Below, one piece after another: positions 1-14,779 of a stretch of DNA of 64,000 nucleotides. Location of the stretch: the NCBI GenBank assembly GCA_964016885.1, contig OZ024743.1:4340001-4404000 (forward strand). The letters run 5' to 3'. Under the pieces are notes generated by a model. That model had not been told where the DNA came from, did not search any database, and was given only the letters and a program-made list of their open reading frames with translations. A program made the translations under genes and the position numbers. Position 1 is the first letter of the stretch. The number at the start of each line of letters is the position of its first letter. Origin of the DNA: Eledone cirrhosa (taxonomy: Eukaryota).

Positions 1-145
1 ATAAATACGTATATATGTATATAAATATGTATATATATATGTATATATGTATATATGTATATAAATATGTATATATGTATATATATATGTATATATATAT
101 GTATATATGTATATAAATATGTATATATGTATATATATATGTATA

Positions 146-224
<79 letters not shown>

Positions 225-234
<10 letters not shown>

Positions 235-887
235 ATATGTATGTATATATGTATGTATATATGTATGTATATATGTATGTACATATGTATGTATATATGT
301 ATGTATATATATATGTATGTATATATATATGTATGTATATATATATGTATGTATATATATATGTATGTATATATATATGTATGTATATATATATATATAT
401 ATGTATGGAAATTACATTTATAAAACCATATTTATTTCATTATATATATTTCAGGGATATCATATTAAAAATATGGTATGCCCTCTTCAGATAAAATACA
501 ATATATAGACAGCTTTATAAATAAATTTGACATACCTTAGAGTTCACAACTTCCATTTAAAAAGTTGTTACGTAACAACTTTTTAAATGGAAGTTGTGAA
601 CTCTAAGGTATGTCAAATTTATTTATAAAGCTGTCTATATATTGTATTTTATCTGAAGAGGGCATACCATATTTTTAATATGATATCCCTGAAATATATA
701 TAATGAAATAAATATGGTTTTATAAATGTAATTTCCATACATATATATATATATATACATACATATATATATACATACATATATATATACATACATATAT
801 ATATACATACATATATATATACATACATATATACATACATATGTACATACATATATACATACATATATACATACATATATACATACA

Positions 888-920
<33 letters not shown>
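225..920. repeat. Perfect zero-spacer palindrome (centre 571/572) made of a PLE pLTR fragment plus flanking TA/TGTA microsatellite
   Basis: 407-571 is the reverse complement of 572-736 (centre ...AAAAGTTGTTAC|GTAACAACTTTT...). The mirror continues into the microsatellite, and ORF-track peptides on opposite strands have identical C-termini. Confidence 0.95.
645..710 (+). ncRNA. Type I minimal hammerhead ribozyme of Naiad-type pLTR (mirror copy on minus strand at 433-498)
   Basis: TATTTTAT-CTGAAGA(653)-stem II-GAAA(691)-TATATA-TA|ATGAAATA; stem I TATTTTAT/ATGAAATA pairs with one G-U. Confidence 0.8.
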
Positions 921-929
921 GTATGTATA

Positions 930-993
<64 letters not shown>

Positions 994-1084
994 CATACAT
1001 ATATATATATATACATACATATATATATATACATACATATACATACATATATATATATACATACATATATATATATATACATAC

Positions 1085-1119
<35 letters not shown>

Positions 1120-1124
1120 CATAC

Positions 1125-1269
<145 letters not shown>

Positions 1270-1278
1270 TATACATAC

Positions 1279-1481
<203 letters not shown>

Positions 1482-1514
1482 CATATATACATATATATAT
1501 ATACATATATATAC

Positions 1515-1553
<39 letters not shown>

Positions 1554-1582
1554 CATATATATGTATATACATATATATATAC

Positions 1583-1613
<31 letters not shown>

Positions 1614-1619
1614 TATATG

Positions 1620-1840
1620 TAGGAAAAACTTGAACCGTTAAGATCTCGTCCCTGGATATATCAATATTTATAAAACAAACTTTTTATTTCATCTGATGAG
1701 AGCGCACCAAAGTTTTGGTACCCTTGAAATATAAATAATAGAATAAATATGGTTTTATAAATATAGTTTCCATTTATTAATATCATTGATATTATACTCC
1801 AGAAAACTGTCGAGTGCTTCGAATCAGTTATAAATGTATA
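1620..1840 (+). mobile_element. Solo PLE pLTR 3' end with hammerhead (1683-1747)
   Basis: CTGATGA at 1693, ACCAAA/TTTGGT stem II, GAAA at 1726, followed by the family-conserved AATAAATATGGTTTTATAAATATAGTTTCCATTT; flanked by (AT)n. Confidence 0.75.
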
Positions 1841-1854
1841 TATGTATACACATT

Positions 1855-1981
<127 letters not shown>

Positions 1982-2317
1982 CGTGTGTATGTGTGTGTGT
2001 ACGTGTGTATGTATGCATGCATATAAGTGTGTGTGTGAATGTATATGTATGTATATGCCATATGTAAACGAATAAAGCACGCACGAAATTATAATATAGT
2101 ACAATGAAGATATATATTATTTCAACGTTTCACAGAGTAGGAAAAATATCATTGATCGAGAATAGTTTAAACGTTCGGCGTTGTTTGACTCAACAAGGAG
2201 TTTCGTTAGTCTGTCGGCCGGTTGAAGAAAGTTCCTAGGTAAGCATTCTTGGAGTAATGATAGTAAATGAATGAAGAATAACCTGGCCGGCTTTGCCATA
2301 TTCAAACAACTAAAAGA

Positions 2318-2880
2318 AAATGTTATCTTCATGGCTGAATTCAATAAATGTAATCTGAGTTTTTCGAATATCAATAATAATATTCTATTCGTTTGCAATT
2401 ATGCAAACAGCCTCTTTTAAGCCATGTCAGTAGAATGAACCCTCATTCTTGCTCTTGTGTTGGTAAAGCCGGCCATTAATCACTCGTACACATGAAACTG
2501 ACTGGCCTATCTGCTGATATGCAAATCTGGCTGATCAGTGGATGTGCTAATATACAGATCTGACTGATCAACCACTCTGCTAATATGCAAATCAGGTCGA
2601 TCAGTCACTGTATATTTTAGAAAATATCATACATTTTCACTAGCTCTGACAGTTGGCAGGTGAACAGAAAATAGCACTGACGAAGGGTAATCACTCAGAA
2701 ACATTAGTGTCTGCAGTTCTGTTTATATGCCAACACAAGAGCAAGAATGAGGGGCTCATTCTACTGGCATGTCTTAAAAGAGGCTGTTTCCATAATCGCA
2801 AACGAATCGAATATCATTATTGATATTCGAAAATCTCAGATTACATTTACTGTATTCAGCCATGTAGAGCGATAACATTT
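2318..2880. mobile_element. Diverged inverted repeat (2318-2463 vs 2729-2880) enclosing a hammerhead at 2663-2724; PLE pLTR remnant
   Basis: Arms are visibly complementary. Between them: GCA-CTGACGA(2677)-AGGGTAATCACTCA-GAAA-CATTAGTG-TC|TGC. Confidence 0.65.
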
Positions 2881-2886
2881 TTTTTA

Positions 2887-2933
<47 letters not shown>

Positions 2934-3164
2934 AATATAAATATATATATATACTGGTAACACATGTAACCCAGTACAACCCTGTCACGTGTTCGGGTCG
3001 TCGGCGACTAAACTGAAGTGTCGTTTAAGGCCTAACTATAAAAATGAACTGAGAATACTGTTGAACATGTATACTTCGCAATACACTTCAACGGCATTCT
3101 AATAAATGCAGGTAATCAAAATGTGTATACATTTTTTGGGACACCCTGTATATATATATACAAT

Positions 3165-3375
3165 ATTAATAAATGGAAACTATATTTATAAAACCATATT
3201 TATTTCATTATATATATTTCAAGGATACCAAGTTAAATCATGGTATGCCTTCATCAGACAAAATACAATATATAATAGTTTTACAAATAGATATTGACGT
3301 ACCCTTTCAATGAGTGCTTTATATCAGTTATAATAATATTTGCTTGTTGTATCCCAACAATTTAAATAGAACTTT

Positions 3376-3380
<5 letters not shown>
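3165..3380 (-). mobile_element. Naiad-type pLTR fragment with hammerhead (about 3198-3268) plus an oppositely oriented pLTR tail (3310-3380)
   Basis: Minus strand CTGATGA-AGGCATACCA..TGGTATCCTT-GAAA-TATATA-TA|ATGAAATA; 3310-3380 matches the pLTR 3' tail seen at 31355-31425. Confidence 0.75.
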
Positions 3381-3464
<84 letters not shown>

Positions 3465-3477
3465 ATAATAATAATAA

Positions 3478-3951
3478 TAATAATAAATTTGAAGACTAAA
3501 ATCCAAAGAGGGCTCGATAAGGATAAATATATATCAAATATATAAGAACCGTAGAGCAAATATTTATTACGTGGATTTGTCTTTGCGTGCAATTCTTCTC
3601 CACGCTCCACATATGACGTATTATCTTCGTTTTTTCCGTCCATTGCCAGAGAACGTCTCTATGAACCACCTAAGAGAATATTAGTCTACGACTTCTTTTA
3701 TACCATAAACGTGGTTCTGTCTTTGCGTGTAATTGTTTTTCACCGCTCCAAATAATGACGTATTATATTCGTTTTTTCCCGTTCTTTGCCAGGGAACGTT
3801 TCCACGAACCAAAGTATCGTATTCCTGTCTTCCTCCGGTTGCAAAGTTTTTTGAAATATTCACTTCTGCGTTCACAGATTGACTTTGTTAGTTTCAGAAG
3901 ATCCCGTTAAGGATGAAAGCAGCGATTCTTTGCTTAAACTTTAATCTGTTA

Positions 3952-3958
<7 letters not shown>
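3478..3958. repeat. Dispersed repeat with an internal ~100-bp direct duplication
   Basis: Left end matches 54400-54475; right end matches 42623-42696 and, inverted, 54486-54553; 3570-3668 resembles 3710-3811. Confidence 0.7.
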
Positions 3959-3996
<38 letters not shown>

Positions 3997-5631
3997 TCTT
4001 CGTTGTTTCGGTGCATGTCTGCAATAGCGCATTCCTGATCATTTCAAACGTTTTCTTCGCTTTAGATAAACCTGGCTATATTTTCCCCAACTTTTTATTT
4101 TTACCATATCCTTTCTATGAACTATATAATTAGAGAGGAACTTTTCCATTCTGAAAACACGTGCTTATAGAAAAAAAAATCATCCAATGTATTTCAACTC
4201 TCATCATCATTCTTCTTGCACGGAATTATCGCGTGAACATGATCAACATCTATAAATCAATTTGAAATCATAAATACAGCGATATGCGTTAGTATGTGGT
4301 TTTTATTCTGACATTTTAAACACATTTCTGTAACTTTTAGCGTTGCTATATACTAAGAAACATTAGTTTCATGTAAATAAAACATGGTGAGTGTTTTTTT
4401 CTTCTCTTTTTCTTCCATGTGTTCGTGTTTCAATAAATATTATGAGAAATAACCAAGGGCAAACATGTAAAAAATAAATTGACATGCATTTAAAAGTAGT
4501 AGCTTGAATGGATAAATGAAGAAACAGAAAATTGAAAATAAAAATAAAAAAACTTAGTACTATTCAAATGTCTAAAAGTGAATAAGCCCCCCGCAATCAT
4601 GGTAACAATCATTGAATCAATTTAAATATTCTATCTTAGTTTATTCTCCTCGTCTATGGTGTAACCAGAGAAATATATTTCTAAACGTATTTACATATCT
4701 TATAATTTTCTTTTGCTGCTACAGTCTATGCTGTATTTGTAGTTGGAACGATGTTCCTTCCACAAAGAAGTGATCCAGTAGTACAAAGAAAGACATTTTT
4801 TAAAATAAATGATTTTTGCTAACTGATTGGACTAGAGCAACGTGAAAATAAAGTGCCTTGCTCAAAACCATACTGGAAGGAATCTAATTTAAAAATTTAC
4901 TTCCTGAATTATGCTATGGCGTTTCTAGTGGAAGCAGCATGGGCTTTTTTTAAACTATATGTGTATATATATATATATGTGTGTGTGTGTGTGGGGGGGG
5001 GGGTATTGTATATTAAATAATACACGGGCTGTTTATGAAAAACATTTGAAGGCGTTTCGCTATGAAATTTTAAGGTTGTGACCATCGTCACACATCCAGC
5101 TGCAGCAAAAACAGAAAGAAGTAATCGATAATCCAATCGACCGAAGCTGCCGGTGAGACAGAAACTGCTAAGGTCATGTCTGTTTAAATATGTTTTCACG
5201 CGGGAGTCCCAGGTGTCTGGTGACAACCTTTCGGAACACCACATCACATTCGCTGACAATTTCCACACATTTCTTCATAGCAAAATCTACTTGGATGGGC
5301 ATAAGGTCACCACATTCATGTTACGCATTAGATAATGTTAATAAGTTACGGAAGAGGTGGCATTCATTGATTCTGTTGAGGAGCCCTCTTCCCTGTGCTG
5401 TCACATACGTCGGGGGACATTTTAATTGTGTGGTATACAATTATTAAGATAAAATAGGAGAGTTTGTTGTTACACAGGCCGGCCTTGTTCGGGGTCATGC
5501 AACCGAATCATTATATGTTTTGTGATCCTTGTGATATCCATACAGTTACCCCATGTCATTGTTCGAGCCATTATTTTGTCCACGTCATTATATATTCATT
5601 GAGATTCTCTCTTTCCACATACTCTTGTGGT

Positions 5632-5632
<1 letters not shown>

Positions 5633-5697
<65 letters not shown>

Positions 5698-5711
5698 TCT
5701 CTCTCTCTCTC

Positions 5712-5772
<61 letters not shown>
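5633..5772. repeat. (CT)n microsatellite
   Basis: Direct reading. Confidence 0.98.
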
Positions 5773-7685
5773 GTGTAGGGTTGTATTGCTTGAATATAAT
5801 TCGACAGGCCGTTTACGGCTATTCTGCTTGACTTATCTATAGGGTAGCTTGCAATCTCTCCATTTCTCACATGCTGCATGAGCCATAATGCGGCTTGAGT
5901 TATTGTTGTCGTTTGTATTGTCGTTGTTGTTGTTCATTTTATTATCATTGTCTTTGTTGTTGTTTTTTTGTTTCTTAATCTTCATCTGATTGTTGTGGAT
6001 GTTTTTTTTAAGTCAGATAGGTATTTTAACGTATTTACATTATGGTGTGTAGCATATTTTGGAGATAACTAGAGAACATACATTTCTTCTAGATTTACCG
6101 TGGCCCTGCCATATACATTCGTGTTGCCTCAACTAAATCTAGCTGTCAGTGATACACCTGCCATATTTATCGCATCAATTCTATCCGCGTGTCTCTGTTT
6201 TCCTAGATTGCTTTTAAAGATTTATTTGTTTTAGCTATGTTAATTTCTTGTTGCAGTGTTTGTTGTATTTCTGTATGATGTATTCTCCTTCTTGGTGTAT
6301 TATATTTATGAAGGCCATATTTCCCGTTGGCGTTGGGATTCTATATATTTCCTGCCGAAAGATGAGTTTTCGTTTTTTTTCTTTTGGGCTTAGTTCTGAG
6401 TAGATTTTCTATTTTTATGTTTCGAATTAGTGTCAGATACAGTCTTTCGGCTTATTATTTACTGACCTAAGGTCATTTTACGTTGGTGTTGATGGTATTG
6501 GAATACATTTTAGAGGAGACACATTGCTTCATGGAGGGAAGTTTTCAAATCCTTATGTTGTTCTCTAGACATCAGAACATACCGTTTTCAACGTATTGCT
6601 AGGATGCTAAAGCTTCGTTTTCGTAGTTGTTTTACAAAATTTCTGATGTGAAATTATGTGTTGAATGAGGTATTTTATACTTTAGTAGATTCATTCTACC
6701 AATAGAAGCACGCAACAGTTGAATTACACTTCAATCTCTTATTAGTAAGCTAAGTAACCCATTCCTCGACGAGTTTAGTTAGTTTAGAAAGACCACAGAT
6801 AAACTGTAAAACTAGAAATGTTGTTTATAGATAGGGTGTACACAAGGGGCAATGTAGAAATATGACCACGACATACATAGGGAGACTTCTGGTGTCCTTG
6901 GCCCCAGGGCCTCTTCCCTACACACCAACATCGGTACAGAGTTGGCTACCCGCAAGTCTGAGCCTCACCAGCAGGAATGTCTCTTCCAGCACGTCTCCCT
7001 CGCCATCCTCCGGGGAAACGCCTTCTCTATTCTGTCCGCCGGGTGGCCAGTCATCCAGGTCTGCGGAGCGTCCAACGCATGGGCCCACATTTGCTCATAA
7101 TAGAGAGAGATAGGGAGAGTGGAAGAGACGGTGGTGGCAGTGACTGTGGGAGTTTGGTTCTTTTGTGTTCGGACCTTGTGTATATGTATATACACACACT
7201 CACGCATCCAATAGTATAATCATTACTTTTCGATACAAAGCTCTTCTTCCAATCATTTTATTAACAACTACCTAGTGATAAGTGGGAAAGAGAAAGTAAA
7301 AGACACATGTTCACATGCACACAAAACTTGAATAAAAAATAAGACGAAAATACGCACATACATGCACACATGCCAAACAAATAATCTCATGGAAGTAGCA
7401 ACACACAAAGGATACACACATACGTACACATACACACACACGTGGAGGCACGCACGCACACGTACATGTGCACAAGATGGTATAAATAGAACAGGTAGGA
7501 ACACAAATACAAGTCATTGAGGTCACAAGGTGTGTGATGAAAGAGCTTTGATAATTGATTATGAAATTGATTATGATTACTAAACAGTCACCCGATTCCT
7601 AAACAAACCAAGGAATGGATAAATTATCTTATAATAAATCAAAGTGAAACAACTGGTGCGTGAGAATTTATTGGCAGCATTACCC

Positions 7686-7965
<280 letters not shown>

Positions 7966-8059
7966 TTGACGTGTGTTCCAACCTGTTCTCTCTCTCTCTA
8001 CGAACTTTACATTTCCTGAAAGAAATTTACTTTCTAATTGTTATTTAGAAAGTACCAAT

Positions 8060-8530
8060 TAACATCAAATGTAAATGAACATATGCAAGGGAAACTAAAG
8101 ATCAATTGTTAATTGATAAAATGGCAATCAGAAATTGAAAACGTAGATTGGCAGGTATGTGTGTGCCATGGGTGGATTATAGAAACGTATATGACATGAT
8201 ACTGCACTTTTGGATAAGTGAAACAATGGACATGTTTTATATGGCGGTAAGGAGAACTGGTCAATGAAAGTATCAATCATTGGAGGACTGAATTGATTCG
8301 AGGGAAATAAAAGTTTTTAAAGGTGAATATCAGACCTAATATATTCAAAGGTGGTAGCTTATCTCCATTGCTATTTGTGTTGGCCATGATACCACCCAAT
8401 CCGATGTTACGTGAAGTAAAAATACCTTATGATTTACGAAAATAAAGGAGATAAGTCACTCCTATTCATTGATGATTTAAAGCACTATGCAGAAAATTTG
8501 GTGCTAGCTGCAATTTCTATATAGAAGACT
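8060..8530 (+). pseudogene. Decayed non-LTR retrotransposon RT fragment (R4/Dong-like)
   Basis: Translates to IFKGGSLSPLLFVLAMIP (RT motif GIFQGDSLSPLLF) and a frameshifted ISH-LFIDDLKHYA (xxDD motif). Confidence 0.6.
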
Positions 8531-9657
8531 CATCAAATCATTTAAAGTGAAAAGACACTACTACTATCATGCAGCAAAAACATTCTTTTATAAATGAAAA
8601 ACAAAAAAAAAGACTACATCACTTAAACAATTTATCTAGGGTTTACGCAATTCTAACGTTAAATATTGTTTACATTGGCCGATTATTAATACAGATAATC
8701 TTTACAAAGGAGGCGGTTTCGAGAACTGTCTTTGTTCTATCGAAGCTCTTGAAATAGCAATGACTGATGAAAATGTTTTGAATCGTAGACAAGAAATTAT
8801 TTACTGCCCACACAGAGTACTTTATGATGCTATAACTTTTCTATGATTGAATACTTTCAAAACCTTAATGCCTTTTTTCTTAGTAAATAAAAGTTGAAAA
8901 TATATATATTAATATTACATGTTTACGTGTTTTTACACGATTGATATTTATAGAATGAACGAATGTTTCGCTTGGAAAGTTTTATACCTCTGATGAATGT
9001 CATTTTTTCCCTTTATACGAATACTTAATAATAACTTGTTTCCCATTATATAGCGTTATTCTATTATAATTATCTCTGATATTCCTGAAATTTGTAATCT
9101 TGTTTGTATTATTTAATAGTTTTTTTTTATTAACATAATTAAGTTAATATTTCTGTGCTTATAGCTGATGATTCTACATTTACATTTTGCATATTTAGAT
9201 TTGGTTTTGCACGAGGAATAATGATAAAATGATTATTAACTTTAGAATTCATACATTCGATTTACATAATAATGTTAAATATTTCTCTTTATTTTAAATA
9301 TATATATGCTAAACTTGTGATGGAATTCCTAGAAGAATATTTATATTACCAAATAAAAATAACAGTTGGACAAAATTCAAATGAATACGTATCGGAAAAT
9401 GGATGGCTTCCCGATGAATCTTGTAATCCTTTTAACAAATAAAAACGTAAACTGCAACAGCATTTGAAATGCACTATACCCATACATTAAATTCACAAAA
9501 GCAAGTTCTTCTTCTGAGATTTTCTGATCTGTCACGCATAAAATGTCCACATCGAAAATGTTCAAGTTGTTTGCTAGCTCCATTCTCTTTTCTTCTTTCT
9601 GTGTACGAGAGTTGAAAGATCCCACTGGATATTTGATATTCTCATTCTTGCAATTAG

Positions 9658-9690
<33 letters not shown>

Positions 9691-10109
9691 TTTAAACTTA
9701 TACACACACATATCCTCACAGCTTCGTACCGACAAACACATGCACACACGCACACACACTCATACACATACATATCCACTCAATATTCAAAAGGATTCTT
9801 TTCCTTTTCAGCACGATACTGACGTCTTTGGTCACATCCTTTCAAAAAACTGCAAACTGAACTTCTTATACGAAAATGCTGAATACAACATGGCGACCTG
9901 AATAGACCTGCATTTCCTCAAATACATTATTCAATGCTTCTGCCGCGGCTCACTCTCAATCTTTCTATTTATTCTTTAATTTCTCAGTCTATTTTATGAT
10001 GCACAACTAACGTCCGAAACATTAAGACGCTTTTCTAACTGTATCAAGCGTAAAAATAATATGTTTCTTCATTGAACTGTGTCGTTTCCTTTGTTATTTC
10101 TTTGTTATA

Positions 10110-10250
10110 TGAAGGCGTGTGGCTGAGTGGTTAGAGAATTGGATTCGCAATCGTAAGGTTGTGAGTTCGATTCCTGGACCAGGCGATGCGTTATGTCCTT
10201 GAGCAAGACACTTTATTTCACGTTGCTCCTTCTACCTGGAGTTGCGACCG
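10110..10250 (+). mobile_element. tRNA-derived SINE head
   Basis: A box TGGCTGAGTGG, B box GAGTTCGATTC, followed by the SINE core-like TGTCCTTGAGCAAGACACTTT. Confidence 0.75.
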
Positions 10251-10369
10251 ATAGATAGTATTAGCAATTGGAAAGACCAACGGAAACATTGTTCCCTCGG
10301 TCCGATTTGACGAAAGTCGATCGTTCTTCCATATATATATAATATATAATATATATGTAATATATATAT

Positions 10370-10403
<34 letters not shown>

Positions 10404-10585
10404 ATAGAGAGGCTGTGGTAAGATACCAGGTGGACCATAACGCAACAGAGTACTCGATACTTGGGGTAGTAGAGTTGGTAATATGAACAGATTCAGGACC
10501 CCGACGGCTGTTCGGAACTAGCTGCCGAAACGGCCGGAGGTCAACCGTCGGGGTCCTGAATCTTTTCACATACACACACACACAG

Positions 10586-10643
<58 letters not shown>

Positions 10644-10644
10644 G

Positions 10645-12048
10645 TGGGAAATTAAAAAAATCGGAGAATAGAACATGTTAAAACATGTTTATTTAAAACA
10701 ATCGGAAATTAAAAAAATCGGAGAATAGAACCGTTAAAACATGTTTATTTAAAACAGCACCTACGTACGTTTCGCCCAGTTGGGCTTCTCAAGGGCATAA
10801 ATAATCACAAGTGTTCCTTATATTGCTCGGAAAGAGTTTTGGGGGTTAAATCCACATCAAGGTTCATTGCTCGCAAAAATATCTTGTTTTGATTTTGCAG
10901 CAGGTCAAGGGAGGTAACTCTGGCCGGTGTTAGGGCAGTCTTTCCCGGACACTTTTTAGGGCAGTCTTTCCCGGACACTTTTTTTTTGCCGCATCCGTTT
11001 GTCTGAGGCTGGGTCTGGTATGCAAGGATTGATTCCTGGGTGTTATTTTGCAGCGCCTGCCCGCCGTGGTGTTAAGACTTGTTGCAGGGAGATCCAGTGT
11101 ACTGTTTCACTCTTCATCCTTAACCCATCTGAAGAAGGATATTTTTAAGCGATGTGTACAACTTATCGCTGTTTCAGCTCTGCTGTTGATGAGCTCGTGG
11201 GGTGCAGTTATGATGTGGTAGAGCTCCATGAGGCAAAGATCGCATTTCCTCTTGAAGTTGTACGGTGCAGCCCTGCCGACAATCTCCCAGTGCGTGGAGA
11301 AGCTGATGTTTAAGTCCTTTAGTGATGTGATGTAGTCCGCGAGCGAAGTGGAGTGCCTTAGTTTTCTATTTGTGAAAGAGTGGAGATGTGTTCGAAACCT
11401 AATTTTGAACGGGCCGGAGGTGGCCCCTATATAATGTTTAACGCTATTGTGGATAGTAATAGTGCATCTATATATAACCCTATCAGTCAAGCAGTATCCT
11501 CTAAGGGGGCAGCGTCCTCTGTCGCGGCAGTTGCAATTTCTGTCGCGGTTCCGTCTATTTCCCACGGTAAGGCTATCAAGGTTGCTGCCTACATTGTTAC
11601 CTACGCTACCGCAGCTGTCGTTAGCACAATTACAACCCACAGCACGCGTGGTGGTGCGATTGTTATTCCGCACGTCATGTTCTGCATGTTCCCCAGTCAT
11701 TTCGCGGTTATTCTGGTTGCGTCTGCGGATACCGTTGCCAACACTATTGGATGCTGCCAGGGAGTTGTTAAGGCCGATATAGTTATTGTCAGGTGTAGGT
11801 GCGTCTGTGTCGAGATGCTGTGTCTTGGTGATCTTACTGTGGTTCGTTGTTCCTATGATGTCTGCTATGTTAGGAGTAGTAGAGAAGGATATTTTTATAA
11901 TAACACCCAGGAAACAATCCTTGCATACCAGACCCAGCCTCAGACAAACAGATGCGGCAAAAAAAAAAAAAAATTGTCCGGGAAAGACTGCCCTAACATC
12001 GGCGCCAGAGTTACCTCCCTTGACCTGCTGCAAAATCAAAACAAGATT
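10645..12048 (-). mobile_element. 5'-truncated Naiad-type PLE (GIY-YIG end at 11107-11898) with inverted pLTR copy at its 5' end
   Basis: CNCRDRGRCPLRGYC, VIY..YIG..F..R...H, CDLC..E, IN.R.E...CTH motifs; 11899-12048 is the reverse complement of 10881-11047; degenerate HHR at about 10758-10797. Confidence 0.88.
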
Positions 12049-12139
12049 TCATCACATTCGTTCAGCGCATCGGTAGGGGTTCTCCTACATGGATATAAAG
12101 TAGTGGCCGTACTCGAAAACGAGTTGGCAGCCACCATGT

Positions 12140-12370
12140 ATGTATGTATGTAAAGGGTAAACAGAAATAATAACACAATCGGTACAGTATATGGAAGGAA
12201 TATATTAGGTTAACGCTTGAAATAGCAAGAAGGGGCTCTTGGCGTTTCGGAAGCTAGTCCTTCATCAGAAGAAAAAATGAGAAATAAGATAGATTGTGGG
12301 GACGGGTGGGTTGGGATTGGAAAAAATGTCTTTAGATAAAAATAACAGGTCTATTCAGGTTGACATCTCT
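12140..12370 (-). repeat. Dispersed repeat with hammerhead-like motif (second copy 47875-48103)
   Basis: Two similar copies; minus strand CTGAT(G/A)A-AGGAC..TCC-GAAA-CG. Confidence 0.6.
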
Positions 12371-12699
12371 TGGAATTCACCCTGTTATATATAACAGGGT
12401 GAATGAGTTTGGGAGAGGGGAAAGCCTAAATCAGAAACCATGTATATATATATATATATGAAAAACAAGGGGAAGAAGAATACTGCATGGTTGCACATGG
12501 ATTACATATTATAAAATTAGTCCCTCATCAGTGATTTGCCAACCATCATTGGTATTTCATCGCATTAAAAATCAGATACCTCAGGTTGGTGCGAGCAATA
12601 ACTAAAATAAGCTATTGGGACAAGTGAAACGCGTAAAGCGAGTGAGACAAGTTTAAACAACAGAAGGGAAAGCAAACCGAAGGTTGGAAAACAGCAAGC

Positions 12700-12744
<45 letters not shown>

Positions 12745-12751
12745 ATTATTA

Positions 12752-12813
<62 letters not shown>

Positions 12814-12827
12814 ATTATTATTTATAC

Positions 12828-12890
<63 letters not shown>

Positions 12891-12894
<4 letters not shown>

Positions 12895-13234
12895 TTATTG
12901 TTAAGATTTTTGATGTTCTATTAAGAGAACCGATTTTACTGAAAAAATCGAATAATGTACACCATTTTACCAGGGGGAAAAAAATACTGGTCCACCCACA
13001 CACACACACATATATACATAAACACATACACACGCGTACATCAACATACAAAGAGACTTATACACACACACACGCACTTCTCCGTATAAGACAAAAGCTG
13101 AAAAATATCTTTTGACCTTCGAATGACTCTGCTGTATATACACACACACACACACACACACACTTATCTTAATAGCCATTTGACACACATCGCTGCTGGC
13201 CATTGTCGCAGCATCGAACACCTTACTACTACTA

Positions 13235-13272
<38 letters not shown>

Positions 13273-13765
13273 ACACACACACACATATTTGTTGTGAAAG
13301 AGTCATTTCTCAATCTTGGCACAAAACCAATTTTTTATCCACATGACCTCTACCGACCAATCAAAATTGTTTTGACCAATAATTTTTGCTGGAGCCACTT
13401 TTTTTAACATTTTAACATAAAAACAGTCTTGGCGCAAAATCAACTTTTTACATTCACATGACCTCTACCGACCAATCAAAATTGTTTTGCCACAAGCATT
13501 TTTGCAACACAAAAATAACGCTGGAGCCACTTTTTTAACATAAAAACAGGTAGAATTCCCAAAACTAATCAGATCAGAGCAAACAGCACGGACACTCTAT
13601 CTCAAAATTATTTTTGAAAAGCATTTAGAAATGCGCAACCGGTAAAAACTTAAAAACTTAAAACCACAACTGAATACTAACCCATACAATCACTAATACT
13701 CTTTTATTCCTAATTAAACCATTTTTCAACTGTGAACAATTTGTCAGCATTTTCTATTCCGTTTA

Positions 13766-13770
<5 letters not shown>
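12891..13770 (+). mobile_element. Solo 3' UTR/pLTR of the PLE family found at 61330-64000
   Basis: Reverse complement of about 61330-62103; a terminal fragment also occurs at 46195-46390. Confidence 0.8.
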
Positions 13771-13814
<44 letters not shown>

Positions 13815-13986
13815 ATTAATACTTATTAATACATATTAAACATTTACGAATAAATATTTCCTCTACGTGTTTATTTATATATGCTTATATATATAAATAT
13901 ATACATACAAATCTTATCGAGTTCTCTCTGGATCTTGGACTTTGTATTTATGATTACACACACACACACACTGACACACACACATA

Positions 13987-14202
<216 letters not shown>

Positions 14203-14462
14203 TGTGTGTGTGTGCGCGTGTGCGTGTGCATGTGTGTGTGTAAATAGTCTTTATTCGTTATAATTATTTATCTATTTGCTTGCATGTATGTTTGCCCGCC
14301 AGCATGTGCATTCATTGACACATATATACATACATACATATGTTTGTGCTAAGTTCATAAAAAAACTGGACTGAATCCAACGACTAAAGATTGAGCCAAC
14401 AGAAGTATTGAATGCCACCAAGGGTATTGTAGCTTTACTTGGCAGCTGTAAAAAATGCTAAG

Positions 14463-14521
<59 letters not shown>

Positions 14522-14779
14522 TCTGAAACATTCTAGAAATCTTGTAGAACATATTAAGATTGGGATTAAGAAGTGTACCATCAATCTAGTGTATCATTCG
14601 AGGAACAACTCAGGTTGAAGGTTCTTTCGAAATGTATATAGAATGTTCGTGGAAAAAAAGATAAATTTGTTTATGTATCGAGTGACAACTGAAATGGTCT
14701 AACCTAAAATAAAACTAGTTTACTAAAATAAAGAATAAACAATACCACGGATCGCAATGAACTGGCATGAATACTATTT

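Noticed and set aside
5950-6830. Possible Poseidon-type PLE remnant on the minus strand
   Set aside because: Only a short IYRIP-like motif is discernible; too decayed to support
10110-10190. tRNA gene
   Set aside because: Imperfect cloverleaf continuing into a SINE core; it is a SINE head
11899-12039. Novel N-terminus of a stand-alone 310-aa GIY-YIG nuclease
   Set aside because: The N-terminal part is the inverted pLTR copy fused by chance to a truncated PLE ORF
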